A DNA stretch of 37,921 bases, taken from UHGV virus genome UHGV-0081762; one strand, given 5' to 3'. The stretch's first letter is position 1. Every line of letters begins with the position of its first letter. A model generated the notes under the pieces. That model had not been told where the DNA came from and did not search any database. It was given only the letters and a program-made list of their open reading frames with translations. The stretch is from a virus. Position numbers and translations under genes: made by a program. Below, in pieces: positions 29,111 through 37,921 of the stretch.

Positions 29111-29811
29111 TGGCTGATTCGAATCTCAACACCCCTGTTATTGTGCAGGCGACGCGGCTCGATACATCAATCCTTCCACGCAATATATTCAGCCAGTCTT
29201 ACCTGCTGTATGTCATTAATCAGGGGGCTGATGTCGGCGCAATTGCCGGGAAGGCAAATCAGGCTGGTCAGGGCGCTTACGATGCTCAGGTGAAAAACGA
29301 TGAACAGGACGTCGAACTGGCTGATCACGACGCAAGAATCACCGCAAACACAAAAGCGATAAATCTACTTGAGGTCAGGTTAACAACTGCCGAAGGGAAG
29401 ATAGTCGTACTGCGTAGCGATGTTGATTACTTGCTGGATGAGGTTATCGATATTCAGGCGCATCTGGTCACTGTTGACCAAAGACTGGATGACGTAGAAA
29501 ACGATGTCTCTGGCATTAAGAGTGATTACGTATCGAAAACCGTAACCGAATTGCAGTCTCTTGAGTCACCGCTGGATGTAAAAACATCATATTCAGTTGA
29601 TGGAATTCAGGTTGTTGGAGCAAGAAATACCGGATGGACTGCAGCCACAGGTACGCCACTTCTTGGCTCATTCAACGCTAACCAGTCATACACGGTCGGC
29701 ACTACGTACACACAATCCGAAGTCGCAGCTCTCGCTACAGGTTTGCAGCAGGCGCGGCAGCGTATTCTGGCGCTTGAAACAGCACTTAGATTACATGGGC
29801 TGATTGACTGA
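29110..29811 (+). CDS. Tail needle protein (P22 gp26-like)
   Basis: 233 aa; N-terminus [36 protein letters not shown] and C-terminus [16 protein letters not shown] closely match P22 gp26. Confidence 0.9.
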   Translation: MADSNLNTPVIVQATRLDTSILPRNIFSQSYLLYVINQGADVGAIAGKANQAGQGAYDAQVKNDEQDVELADHDARITANTKAINLLEVRLTTAEGKIVVLRSDVDYLLDEVIDIQAHLVTVDQRLDDVENDVSGIKSDYVSKTVTELQSLESPLDVKTSYSVDGIQVVGARNTGWTAATGTPLLGSFNANQSYTVGTTYTQSEVAALATGLQQARQRILALETALRLHGLID

Positions 29812-30266
29812 TGATTACATTCAAACCAACGCGAAACATCGACCTGATCGAAGCAGTAGGAAATCACCCTGACATCATCGCCGGGAGCAACAACGGTGAT
29901 GGATACGACTACAAACCTGATTGCCGTTACTTTGAGGTGAACGTGCACGGGCAGTTCGGCGGCATTGTTTACTATCAGGAGATTCAGCCGCTGACATTCG
30001 ATTGCCACGCCATGTACCTGCCAGAGATTCGCGGATTCAGCAAGGAAATCGGGCTGGCGTTCTGGCGATACATTCTGACTAACACCACCGTTCAGTGCGT
30101 CACATCGTTCGCTGCACGCAAATTCCGCCACGGTCAGATGTACTGCGCAATGATTGGCCTTAATCGTGTAGGAACCATCAAGAAATACTTCAAAGGCGTG
30201 GATGACGTGACGTTTTACAGCGCAACACGCGAAGAACTAATCGACTTCCTGAATCACGGGAGATAG
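29811..30266 (+). CDS. Head assembly / DNA stabilization protein (P22 gp14-like)
   Basis: 151-aa ORF in gp14 synteny position. Confidence 0.6.
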   Translation: MITFKPTRNIDLIEAVGNHPDIIAGSNNGDGYDYKPDCRYFEVNVHGQFGGIVYYQEIQPLTFDCHAMYLPEIRGFSKEIGLAFWRYILTNTTVQCVTSFAARKFRHGQMYCAMIGLNRVGTIKKYFKGVDDVTFYSATREELIDFLNHGR

Positions 30267-30268
30267 CC

Positions 30269-30964
30269 ATGTTATATGCATTTAAGCTGGGCAGAAAACT
30301 GCGCGGCGAGGAACCTTGGTGCCCTGAAAAAGGCGGGAAAGGTGGTAGCTCTGATAAAAGCGCAAAGTATGCCGCAGAAGCTCAGAAGTATGCAGCAGAC
30401 CTGCAAAATCAGCAGTGGCAGACGATCATGAAAAACCTTGCTCCGTTCACGCCTCTTGCGGAGCAGTATGTTAACCAGCTTCAGAACCTTTCCAGTTTAG
30501 AAGGTCAGGGGCAGGCACTTAATCAGTATTACAACTCTCAGCAGTATAAAGACCTTGCAGGTCAGGCGCGTTACCAGAGTCTTGCTGCTGCGGAGGCGAC
30601 GGGTGGACTTGGTTCGACAGCCACAAGCAATCAACTGGCTACGATCGCGCCGACACTCGGTCAGTCTTGGTTATCAAATCAGATGAGCAATTACAACAAT
30701 CTGGCAAACGTTGGGCTTGGTGCGCTGCAAGGTCAGGCAAACGCCGGGCAGACGTACGCCAACAACATGAGCAGCATTGCACAGCAAAGCGCAGCTCTTG
30801 CCGCTGCTAATGCTAATAAACCATCAGGTCTTCAGACAGCAATTAGCGGCGGAGCTTCAGGAGCTATGACTGGCGCTGCTCTTGGCTCTATTGTTCCTGG
30901 ACTGGGCACTGGATTAGGTGCGGCAATTGGCGGCGGACTTGGTCTGCTTGGCTCGTTGTTTTAA
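30269..30964 (+). CDS. Ejection (internal) protein (P22 gp7-like)
   Basis: 231 aa, Gly/Ala-rich C-terminus, synteny. Confidence 0.75.
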   Translation: MLYAFKLGRKLRGEEPWCPEKGGKGGSSDKSAKYAAEAQKYAADLQNQQWQTIMKNLAPFTPLAEQYVNQLQNLSSLEGQGQALNQYYNSQQYKDLAGQARYQSLAAAEATGGLGSTATSNQLATIAPTLGQSWLSNQMSNYNNLANVGLGALQGQANAGQTYANNMSSIAQQSAALAAANANKPSGLQTAISGGASGAMTGAALGSIVPGLGTGLGAAIGGGLGLLGSLF

Positions 30965-30973
30965 GGGGTAATC

Positions 30974-32269
30974 ATGGCTACTTGGCAAGGAACAAATGGC
31001 GGATTGTTGGCTGGTATCGGTGGTGTCAACTCAAACGCTCCGAGCGTAAATGACATCGGCAATACGCTTCAGCTTATCAGGCAGAACAATGATATTGAGC
31101 GTTCAGGCGCTAACAATGTTGGGCTGACTGCTTTGCAAGGTCTTTCAGGTATTGCGGGTGTTTTTCATCAGGAAAAGCAGGCTCAGCGGCAGAAAGAATT
31201 TCAGCAGGCATACGCTAATGCTTATGCGTCTGGTGATCGCGGAGCTTTGCGTCAGTTGGCTACTCAATATCCAGACCAGATTGAATCTATTCGTAAAGGC
31301 ATGGGGTTCATTGATGAAGACCAGCGCAATTCTATCGGCACCTTAGCGGCTGGCGCTCGTCTTGCGGCATCGTCTCCAGAAGCAATGCAATCATGGCTGC
31401 AAAACAACGCCAAGGAACTGACTCGCGTCGGTGTTGACCCTAACAACGTTGCTCAGATGTATCAGCAGAATCCTTCAGGATTTGGTGAGTTTGTTGATCA
31501 CCTTGGAATGGCTGCTCTTGGTCCGATTGACTACTTCAATGTTCAGGACAAGATGGCTGGTCGTGAGATTGACCGAGGCAGGCTGGCAGAGACAATCCGC
31601 AGCAATCAGGCTGGCGAGGCACTAACAGCACGAGGTCAGGACATCCAGATACGTGGTCAGAACATCAGCGCACAGAATGCTGCGCTTTCCCGCGAAATAC
31701 AAAGAGCAGAATTACAAGAAAAGGCTCTGGACAGACAGATAGCCAGAGAAAGCAATCAGTTAAAGCTTGAAGAGCTAAAACAGAAACAGGCAGATGTTCG
31801 GCAAAAGGCTGACATAGCCCGCGCTGACAGGCAGGCCGCCGCTCAGGGTGCAGTTGATACGTTCAGCACCGCGCTTGATTCTCTCAACGAGATAGAGCAA
31901 AGCCCCGGCCTTTCAAAAGCAGTAGGAATTCGCTCAGCGTTTCCGACAGTTCCTGGCTCTGATGCGGCTAACTTTGAAGCAACGCTCGACACCTTTAAAG
32001 CTCAAACTTTCCTTCCTATGGTGCAGTCCCTTAAGGGGATGGGGGCTCTTTCAGATGCTGAGGGTAAAAAATTATCCGATGCGGTTGGTGCCCTAAGCCC
32101 CAAAATGAGTGAAAAGGCTTTTCGTGACTCTATCGGAAAGATTAGAAATCAGCTTGAAAGCAAGTTGAGCACTGTTAAAAAACAGTTTGATTATCAGGAG
32201 CCAGTACAGAATACGCCAGGGCAACAATCTACTACTGGCAGTAACTTTTCTTCACTATGGGGTGATTAA
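30974..32269 (+). CDS. Ejection protein (P22 gp20-like)
   Basis: 431 aa, synteny. Confidence 0.75.
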   Translation: MATWQGTNGGLLAGIGGVNSNAPSVNDIGNTLQLIRQNNDIERSGANNVGLTALQGLSGIAGVFHQEKQAQRQKEFQQAYANAYASGDRGALRQLATQYPDQIESIRKGMGFIDEDQRNSIGTLAAGARLAASSPEAMQSWLQNNAKELTRVGVDPNNVAQMYQQNPSGFGEFVDHLGMAALGPIDYFNVQDKMAGREIDRGRLAETIRSNQAGEALTARGQDIQIRGQNISAQNAALSREIQRAELQEKALDRQIARESNQLKLEELKQKQADVRQKADIARADRQAAAQGAVDTFSTALDSLNEIEQSPGLSKAVGIRSAFPTVPGSDAANFEATLDTFKAQTFLPMVQSLKGMGALSDAEGKKLSDAVGALSPKMSEKAFRDSIGKIRNQLESKLSTVKKQFDYQEPVQNTPGQQSTTGSNFSSLWGD

Positions 32270-34266
32270 TGGCTAAAGCATGGAAAGATGTTATCGCCTC
32301 TCCACAGTATCAGGCGTTAGCACCAGAACAAAAAGCTCAGGCTCAGGAGCAATACTTCAATGAAGTCGTGGCCCCGCAAGCCGGAGAAAATGCAGAGCAG
32401 GCTAAGCAAGCTTTCTATGCTGCCTATCCATTGCCATCTGTGCAGTCAGTGGAGACACAGCAACCAGTAGCACAGCAACAACCACAGCAAAGTGGATTTA
32501 TGTCTGATCTTGGCGAAGCAGTAAAAGAGACTGGTCGCGGACTGGTGCAGGCTGGCGTGAATGTGGCAAACATACCTGCATCAGTTGCCGATGCTGTCAC
32601 AAGCGCAGCGGCATGGGCTGGCGGTAAACTCGGTATTGGTGATGGTACATATCAACCAGCGCCACGAGTAACAACTCAGGGATTAGAGCAGGACTTTAGA
32701 CTTCAGCAAGGTGCGCTGACTCCACAAACGACAGAGGGCAGGGTATTTGCTGAAGCATTGCCTTACCTCACTCCTGCTGGCGTTGAGAGAGTGGCAACAC
32801 AGGCACCAACAATTGCTGGTCGAATTGCTCAGGTGGCAACTCGCCTTCTCGCAGAAAACGCAGTTGGATCACTTGCTGCAAACAGTGCGAAAGATGATGC
32901 GGAAGCACTCGCCACCGATTTAGGCGTTGGTGTGCTGGCTGGCGGTGCTATTAACGCTGCCGGACGTGGATTAGGTGCTGCTTATCGTGGTGTTCGTGGT
33001 TCGATAGCACCAGAAGCGCAACAGGCTATCAGATTTGCAGAGCGTGAAGGAGTTCCTCTGCACACCACAGACCTGTTACAACCCACTTCCCGCGTCGGAA
33101 AAATGGCGCAGACTACAGCAGAAAATATCCCTCTGGCTGGCACAAGCGGAATGAGAGCAACGCAACAAGAAGCGAGAAGCCAGTTGGTGCAGAGCTTTGC
33201 CGATAAATTCGGTGAGTATGATCCAGCGGTTGTTATTGACAGCCTTAAAGCGAAAACATCAGGAATTCGTCGTGCTGCAGGGAACCGTCTTGAGCAGGTT
33301 CAGAATGCAATGGCGGGAGTCAATATCCAGCCTGCGCGAGCAATTCAGCAGATTGATACTGAGATATCTAATCTGCAGAAGCTTGGTAAGGTAGCTGATA
33401 ACGAGACAATTTCAAAACTTCAGTCATATCGTGATGAGCTTGTTCGCAATGCTGGCCCTGATGGTCCGGTAAATCTGGATTTGAAGCAATTAAGCGACCT
33501 GCGCAGCCAGTTCAGAATGGACGTGAAGGGTGAGCGACCAGTGTTACCAAACCGTTCCGATGCTGCCATTCAGCGCGTTTACAAGGCAATGACTGACGAT
33601 ATCAATGGTGCCATTGGTCAGAATCTTGGCAACGATACTCTCCGTAAATATCAGCAGGCCAATGCCGTCTACGCTGACGAAGCGGCGAAACTAAAGAATA
33701 CCAGGCTGAAGAATGTTCTCATGAAAGGCGACCTGACACCGGAAGTTGTCAACAACATGCTATTCAGCAAGAACAAATCGGAAATTAAGACGCTGTATAA
33801 CTCAGTTGGTCGTGTTGGCAGGGCGCAAATGCGCAATGGCATCATTGGAAAGGCGATGGAGAAATCTGGCGGATCCCCTGACCAGTTCCTTCGGCAGCTT
33901 AACATCCTGCAAAACCAGACTGGCATCACATTTAAGGGGCAGGACGCTGCTTATCTGAAAGGATTAAAAAACTACCTACAATCCACGCAGCAGGCTGCAA
34001 AAGCGGCAGTAACAACACCCACAGGGCAGCAAACTATCCCGTTCATTATTGGGTATGGGACGGCAATGAACCCGGCGACAACTGGCGCAGCAGTAAGCTA
34101 CGGACTTCTTACTCGCGCCTATGAGAGCGAGCCATTCAGAAATGCAATGCTCCGAATGGCAAACACCCCACGCGGATCAACAGAGTTTGAGAAAACCATG
34201 CAGCAGGCACAAAAGGCAATTAACGCCCTGACGCAGGGTGCGAAGTCTGATTCGTTGTCAGAATAG
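32269..34266 (+). CDS. Ejection protein (P22 gp16-like)
   Basis: 665 aa, synteny. Confidence 0.75.
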   Translation: MAKAWKDVIASPQYQALAPEQKAQAQEQYFNEVVAPQAGENAEQAKQAFYAAYPLPSVQSVETQQPVAQQQPQQSGFMSDLGEAVKETGRGLVQAGVNVANIPASVADAVTSAAAWAGGKLGIGDGTYQPAPRVTTQGLEQDFRLQQGALTPQTTEGRVFAEALPYLTPAGVERVATQAPTIAGRIAQVATRLLAENAVGSLAANSAKDDAEALATDLGVGVLAGGAINAAGRGLGAAYRGVRGSIAPEAQQAIRFAEREGVPLHTTDLLQPTSRVGKMAQTTAENIPLAGTSGMRATQQEARSQLVQSFADKFGEYDPAVVIDSLKAKTSGIRRAAGNRLEQVQNAMAGVNIQPARAIQQIDTEISNLQKLGKVADNETISKLQSYRDELVRNAGPDGPVNLDLKQLSDLRSQFRMDVKGERPVLPNRSDAAIQRVYKAMTDDINGAIGQNLGNDTLRKYQQANAVYADEAAKLKNTRLKNVLMKGDLTPEVVNNMLFSKNKSEIKTLYNSVGRVGRAQMRNGIIGKAMEKSGGSPDQFLRQLNILQNQTGITFKGQDAAYLKGLKNYLQSTQQAAKAAVTTPTGQQTIPFIIGYGTAMNPATTGAAVSYGLLTRAYESEPFRNAMLRMANTPRGSTEFEKTMQQAQKAINALTQGAKSDSLSE

Positions 34267-34430
34267 CTTTGCAAACACCAGAAATGTGCAAAAACCAAAT
34301 ATATAGAACGCAATATTCAACAGATCTTTTTGCATAGACTCATCTCATAGTTAACAAATCATAACTTACATTAATGCAATGCCGGGCAAGTTGCATCTTG
34401 TTCCGCATTGCTACGTCTGGAGAAAATTAA

Positions 34431-36797
34431 ATGACAGACATTACAGCCAATGTTGTAGTGAGTATGCCTTCGCAACTTTTCACTATGGCGCGTTCTTTTA
34501 AAGCAGTAGCCAACGGCAAAATTTATATCGGAAAAATTGACACTGACCCGGTAAGTCCAGAAAACCAGATTCAGGTTTATGTAGAGAACGAAGACGGCTC
34601 TCATGTTCCTGTTTCGCAACCAATCATCATTAACGCTGCTGGATATCCGGTATATAACGGGCAGATTGCCAAATTCGTAACTGTGCAAGGCCATTCTATG
34701 GCTGTATATGATGCATATGGCACTCAGCAGTTTTATTTTCCAAATGTATTAAAATACGATCCTGATCAACTTAGGGAAGAGATTTTTTCTGACCGTATGC
34801 TGCTAATTACGCCACAGCATTATGGGGCGAAAGGTGACGGTGTTAACGATGATACGGTGGCATTTATTGCAGCAGCAAATGCTCTTGGAGATGGTGGAAA
34901 GTTATATATTCCAACTGGAACATATAATTTAATTGGACCAGTTAATATACCACCAGTGAATATGTGTGGCGATGGACAGGGTAAAACGGTTATTGTGTTT
35001 GATAATACCACATCACCAAAAGATGGATTTGTTTTCGCTGCACCAACTAAGCATGATGTTGAATTTGGTTTAAGTCACCTTACAATTAAAAGCAAAGGCG
35101 GGAATGGCGCTAATGCCATATATACCCCAAGAGGTGTCGGGCTTAATCATCTAAGGCCAAAACCAACATTTAGATTTTTATCTTTCTGTTCTGAGACTGC
35201 AAATATTGATTCTGATGAATTCGCACAGAAGTACGGTTGGGAATGGTCTTTTAACTGTGGTGATAGTTGGCAGTTCACAATCGAACGCATTGATGCTGTT
35301 GGATGTTATCAGATAGCCAAAAGTTATAATGAACAGTTCCTTGATGGATTCATTCGCACCGCTCCAGAAGAAGGTATTTTATCCATGCGTGTGAGTGATA
35401 TCACAACGCATAACGTTGCCAATTTTTTTGAAATTAAGCAGAAGACATATTTCAATCTTACCAATGTCGATGTTGCTAGATCCCTAAACGGTGTTTATGA
35501 TGCTCAGGATAGAGTGTTCGAATCAAATCGCTATGCGTATGGTGAGTCTATATGGACAAACGTTATCATTAATAGCCAGCTTCACCCTATTAATCTTGAT
35601 AACAGATTTCTTTTGATTGCTAATGGACTAGCCATACATAGAGCAGGAGGAGGATATGACCACGGAAATGAATGGGTAGGAATTAGACTCATCAGACCAA
35701 GAGTGTGCACCATTAATGGATTGGAGATTAGCAGTGCATCAGGTTATACGACGACTAAAAAAGGAATAATTATAGATGGTGGCGATGCAAACAACTTCAT
35801 TAATGTAAGTTTTGGTACATTGGATATTGGAGCTCAGATAGGAGTAACATCATCAATACATGGAGCAAATCAGGCGACAAACTTTTCCAATATTAGCATT
35901 AATGCTAATGTCACAACATTACTTAACATACAAAACGCACGTGGTTTTAATTGCAGCCAGTATACTGCATCTCCTCTCTACACTCTTGCCAATTTCATGG
36001 TCAATGATGACAAAGTAAAAAACACATTTACACTTACAAATATTGATGGCAAAAATAATTACACTGATAACTCTATTTATCTTTATAATCAGGAAGCATC
36101 AGAAGATACCAAAAGATGGAGGATAGATACTCGTACCGGATACACACTATCCACTCAGAAAGACAATGGTGCACAAGGTAATAACGCTATTATTATTCGT
36201 CGCAGTGGAATAATTGTAGACTCTATAGAATTACGCACAAAAAACGATTCTGGCGGATATCTTCTTCATACATCACCTGAAACTCATTTTTCTGGCCTTA
36301 TAAAACCAACTGTTGATAATGTTAACTCAAACGGAACATCAGCATTTCGATGGTCACAGGTATACGCTGGTACTGGCAGTATCAACACGTCGAATGAAGA
36401 GCTGAAATTGCGTATTGAGGCTGACGAGAAAACAACAGAATCAGAGCGTCTTGCTGCGCTTGAAATAAAGAAAAATATCTGGAGGTTTAAATTTAAAGAT
36501 GCAGTAAAGATCAAGAGTGATGGCGCTCGGATTCATTTCGGTGTTGGTGCACAAACTGTAGGTAATATTCTCAGAAAATACGGTCTTGACCCTAATAACT
36601 ATGCGTTCTGGTGTTATGATGAATGGGATGATATTTATGCTCCAGAGGTATTAATTAGGAGTGTTAAAAACAATGAAACAGGAGAGTGGTACGACGAGGA
36701 ATATTACACAGGAAGGCAGGTTATTATTAAACCTGCTGGTTATCAGTATGGTATCAGATACGAGGAACTTCTGATGTTTATTCTTATGTTTATTTAA
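34431..36797 (+). CDS. Tailspike: P22-like N-terminal head-binding domain, pectate-lyase-like beta-helix, C-terminal S74-type intramolecular chaperone
   Basis: N-terminus [40 protein letters not shown]...KYDPDQ matches P22 gp9; [17 protein letters not shown] motif; C-terminal [10 protein letters not shown]...GIRYEEL. Confidence 0.85.
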   Translation: MTDITANVVVSMPSQLFTMARSFKAVANGKIYIGKIDTDPVSPENQIQVYVENEDGSHVPVSQPIIINAAGYPVYNGQIAKFVTVQGHSMAVYDAYGTQQFYFPNVLKYDPDQLREEIFSDRMLLITPQHYGAKGDGVNDDTVAFIAAANALGDGGKLYIPTGTYNLIGPVNIPPVNMCGDGQGKTVIVFDNTTSPKDGFVFAAPTKHDVEFGLSHLTIKSKGGNGANAIYTPRGVGLNHLRPKPTFRFLSFCSETANIDSDEFAQKYGWEWSFNCGDSWQFTIERIDAVGCYQIAKSYNEQFLDGFIRTAPEEGILSMRVSDITTHNVANFFEIKQKTYFNLTNVDVARSLNGVYDAQDRVFESNRYAYGESIWTNVIINSQLHPINLDNRFLLIANGLAIHRAGGGYDHGNEWVGIRLIRPRVCTINGLEISSASGYTTTKKGIIIDGGDANNFINVSFGTLDIGAQIGVTSSIHGANQATNFSNISINANVTTLLNIQNARGFNCSQYTASPLYTLANFMVNDDKVKNTFTLTNIDGKNNYTDNSIYLYNQEASEDTKRWRIDTRTGYTLSTQKDNGAQGNNAIIIRRSGIIVDSIELRTKNDSGGYLLHTSPETHFSGLIKPTVDNVNSNGTSAFRWSQVYAGTGSINTSNEELKLRIEADEKTTESERLAALEIKKNIWRFKFKDAVKIKSDGARIHFGVGAQTVGNILRKYGLDPNNYAFWCYDEWDDIYAPEVLIRSVKNNETGEWYDEEYYTGRQVIIKPAGYQYGIRYEELLMFILMFI

Positions 36798-36800
36798 AAT

Positions 36801-36820
36801 ATAGCGCAGGGATGCGCTAT
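36801..36820. terminator. Bidirectional hairpin between convergent tailspike and acetyltransferase genes
   Basis: Perfect inverted repeat atagcgc-aggga... gcgctat. Confidence 0.5.
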
Positions 36821-37488
36821 TCAACAATTTCACCGGATGGAAGAATTGTAAATCTCTTATAAGATGCCTTCTTTTTATCTTTTACAGCATTAAACTGCTC
36901 TAAAAAAGTAGTCGGTGTCCTTGTATCAATCCCAATAAATGAGCTTAAATCATATTCCCACCATTGGCTATCCAGTAACTCTTTGATGATTGATTCCTCA
37001 AATCTGTACCCTAGGTGTTTTGCAGAAACGCCACCTACGATTGAATATGGCTCGACATTTTTGGTGACAATAGCGCCAGCAGCAATAACAGCGCCAGTAC
37101 CAATAGTTATACCTCGCCTGATAACCGCATTTGCACCTATCCATACGTCATGACCAATTCTTGGTATACCATGCTTCTGTTGAGAGAGGTCGCGTTGCAT
37201 TCCTATACCATCAGGGATTTTAAAACCATTTTTTGAGCCAAAGAAAAAAGGATGCGTAGAAAAATACCCAGTTTCATGCTCGCCAAGGCCAATTTTTACT
37301 CCTGGAGCAACTGAACAAAATCTACCCATCGTAAAGCCGCCGAGCATACAATTAGCGCCAAAGTAGGAGAATGCTCCAACATTTATTGGGGCAACAACAA
37401 GACCTGAAGCATGAAAAAAACATTGCTCCTCGAAGCTAACTTTTGCTTGTGGAGTCATCTGAACGCTTAACATTGCATCAATCACCAT
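36817..37488 (-). CDS. Hexapeptide-repeat acetyltransferase, XAT family (CatB/Vat-like)
   Basis: [45 protein letters not shown] and [16 protein letters not shown] align with CatB-type chloramphenicol acetyltransferase as recalled. Confidence 0.7.
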   Translation of the reverse strand: MVIDAMLSVQMTPQAKVSFEEQCFFHASGLVVAPINVGAFSYFGANCMLGGFTMGRFCSVAPGVKIGLGEHETGYFSTHPFFFGSKNGFKIPDGIGMQRDLSQQKHGIPRIGHDVWIGANAVIRRGITIGTGAVIAAGAIVTKNVEPYSIVGGVSAKHLGYRFEESIIKELLDSQWWEYDLSSFIGIDTRTPTTFLEQFNAVKDKKKASYKRFTILPSGEIVE

Positions 37489-37817
37489 ATCTTAAACACA
37501 AACTTTGACAAGCTAACATATTAATCATGAACGGAAAACCATAAAACAACGAGACGTGCGTCTGGTGACAGATTCCTGCATCGCAGTTAAAGCAGAATTA
37601 CCTATGAGACAAAACTAAGGTACACAAAGCTTTGCACTGGATTGCAAGGCTTTGTGCTCTTCTATGCTGGGTGGCTACATGTTTGAAGATCGTTGTGCCG
37701 TATTTGTGACATACACATGACAACATCATGCATCAACTTTCTGTTTGTGCCATCAACTATTGCTTGGTGAATGCGGTTAATGCTTGCTAAAACAGATAGT
37801 TATGATTGGTTCTACAG

Positions 37818-37881
37818 ATTCGTAATGCGAAGGTCGTAGGTTCGACTCCTATTATCGGCACCATTTAAATCAATAAGTTAC
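37818..37881. repeat. attR direct repeat containing displaced native 3' half of tRNA-Thr (ends CCA at 37866)
   Basis: attcgtaatgcgaaggtcgTaggttcgactcctAttatcggcaccatttaaatcaataagttac; no matching tRNA 5' half upstream. Confidence 0.85.
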
Positions 37882-37921
37882 ACATCATTAGTACCTTCCT
37901 TATTTTTTGACTGGGACAAAT

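Larger units (their letters stand above)
37..37881. mobile_element. Integrated mosaic lambdoid/P22-like prophage bounded by attL and attR
   Basis: 64-bp imperfect direct repeats at both ends; integrase next to tRNA; full set of phage immunity, replication, lysis and morphogenesis genes between them. Confidence 0.85.

Noticed and set aside
34267-34430. Inverted repeat gcaatgc...gcattgc upstream of the tailspike gene
   Set aside because: A 7-bp stem with roughly 20-nt loop, too weak to call a terminator or operator without further evidence.

Overview
The window is almost entirely one complete-looking mosaic temperate prophage (about 37.8 kb, positions 37-37881) integrated into the 3' end of a tRNA-Thr(CGU) gene (thrW-like) and flanked by a 64-bp imperfect direct repeat (attL 37-100, attR 37818-37881). 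All calls are by eye and from recalled family sequences; nothing was searched or computed. Left to right: P22-type integrase and excisionase; a leftward early operon with accessory (ea-type) genes, two Ea22-like genes, a Gp157/RecT recombination module, kil and cIII; a lambda-like immunity region (nutL, oL/pL, cI with a co-transcribed 4-TM membrane protein, oR, cro, nutR, cII); O-like initiator with internal ori repeats and a DnaB-type helicase; a lambda-like nin region (ninB, Dam-type methyltransferase, ninE/F/G/H, phosphatase) and Q; pR'/tR' followed by two tRNA-like genes; lambda-type lysis cassette S/R/Rz/Rz1; then a P22/Sf6-like headful-packaging and podovirus structural module (TerS, TerL, portal, scaffold, coat, gp4, gp10, gp26, gp14, gp7, gp20, gp16, tailspike). 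The right end carries a convergent CatB/Vat-like (XAT-family) hexapeptide acetyltransferase. I did not find one large undescribed multi-gene system; the most unusual points are: the position where N should sit after nutL is occupied by a 117-codon low-complexity charged frame with no ATG/GTG/TTG start; the XAT-family acetyltransferase cargo gene; the cI-linked membrane protein in the rex position; an AT-rich moron with its own terminator; tandem paralogous small basic ORFs; an Ea22-like gene interrupted by an in-frame TGA; and the tRNA pair after tR'.
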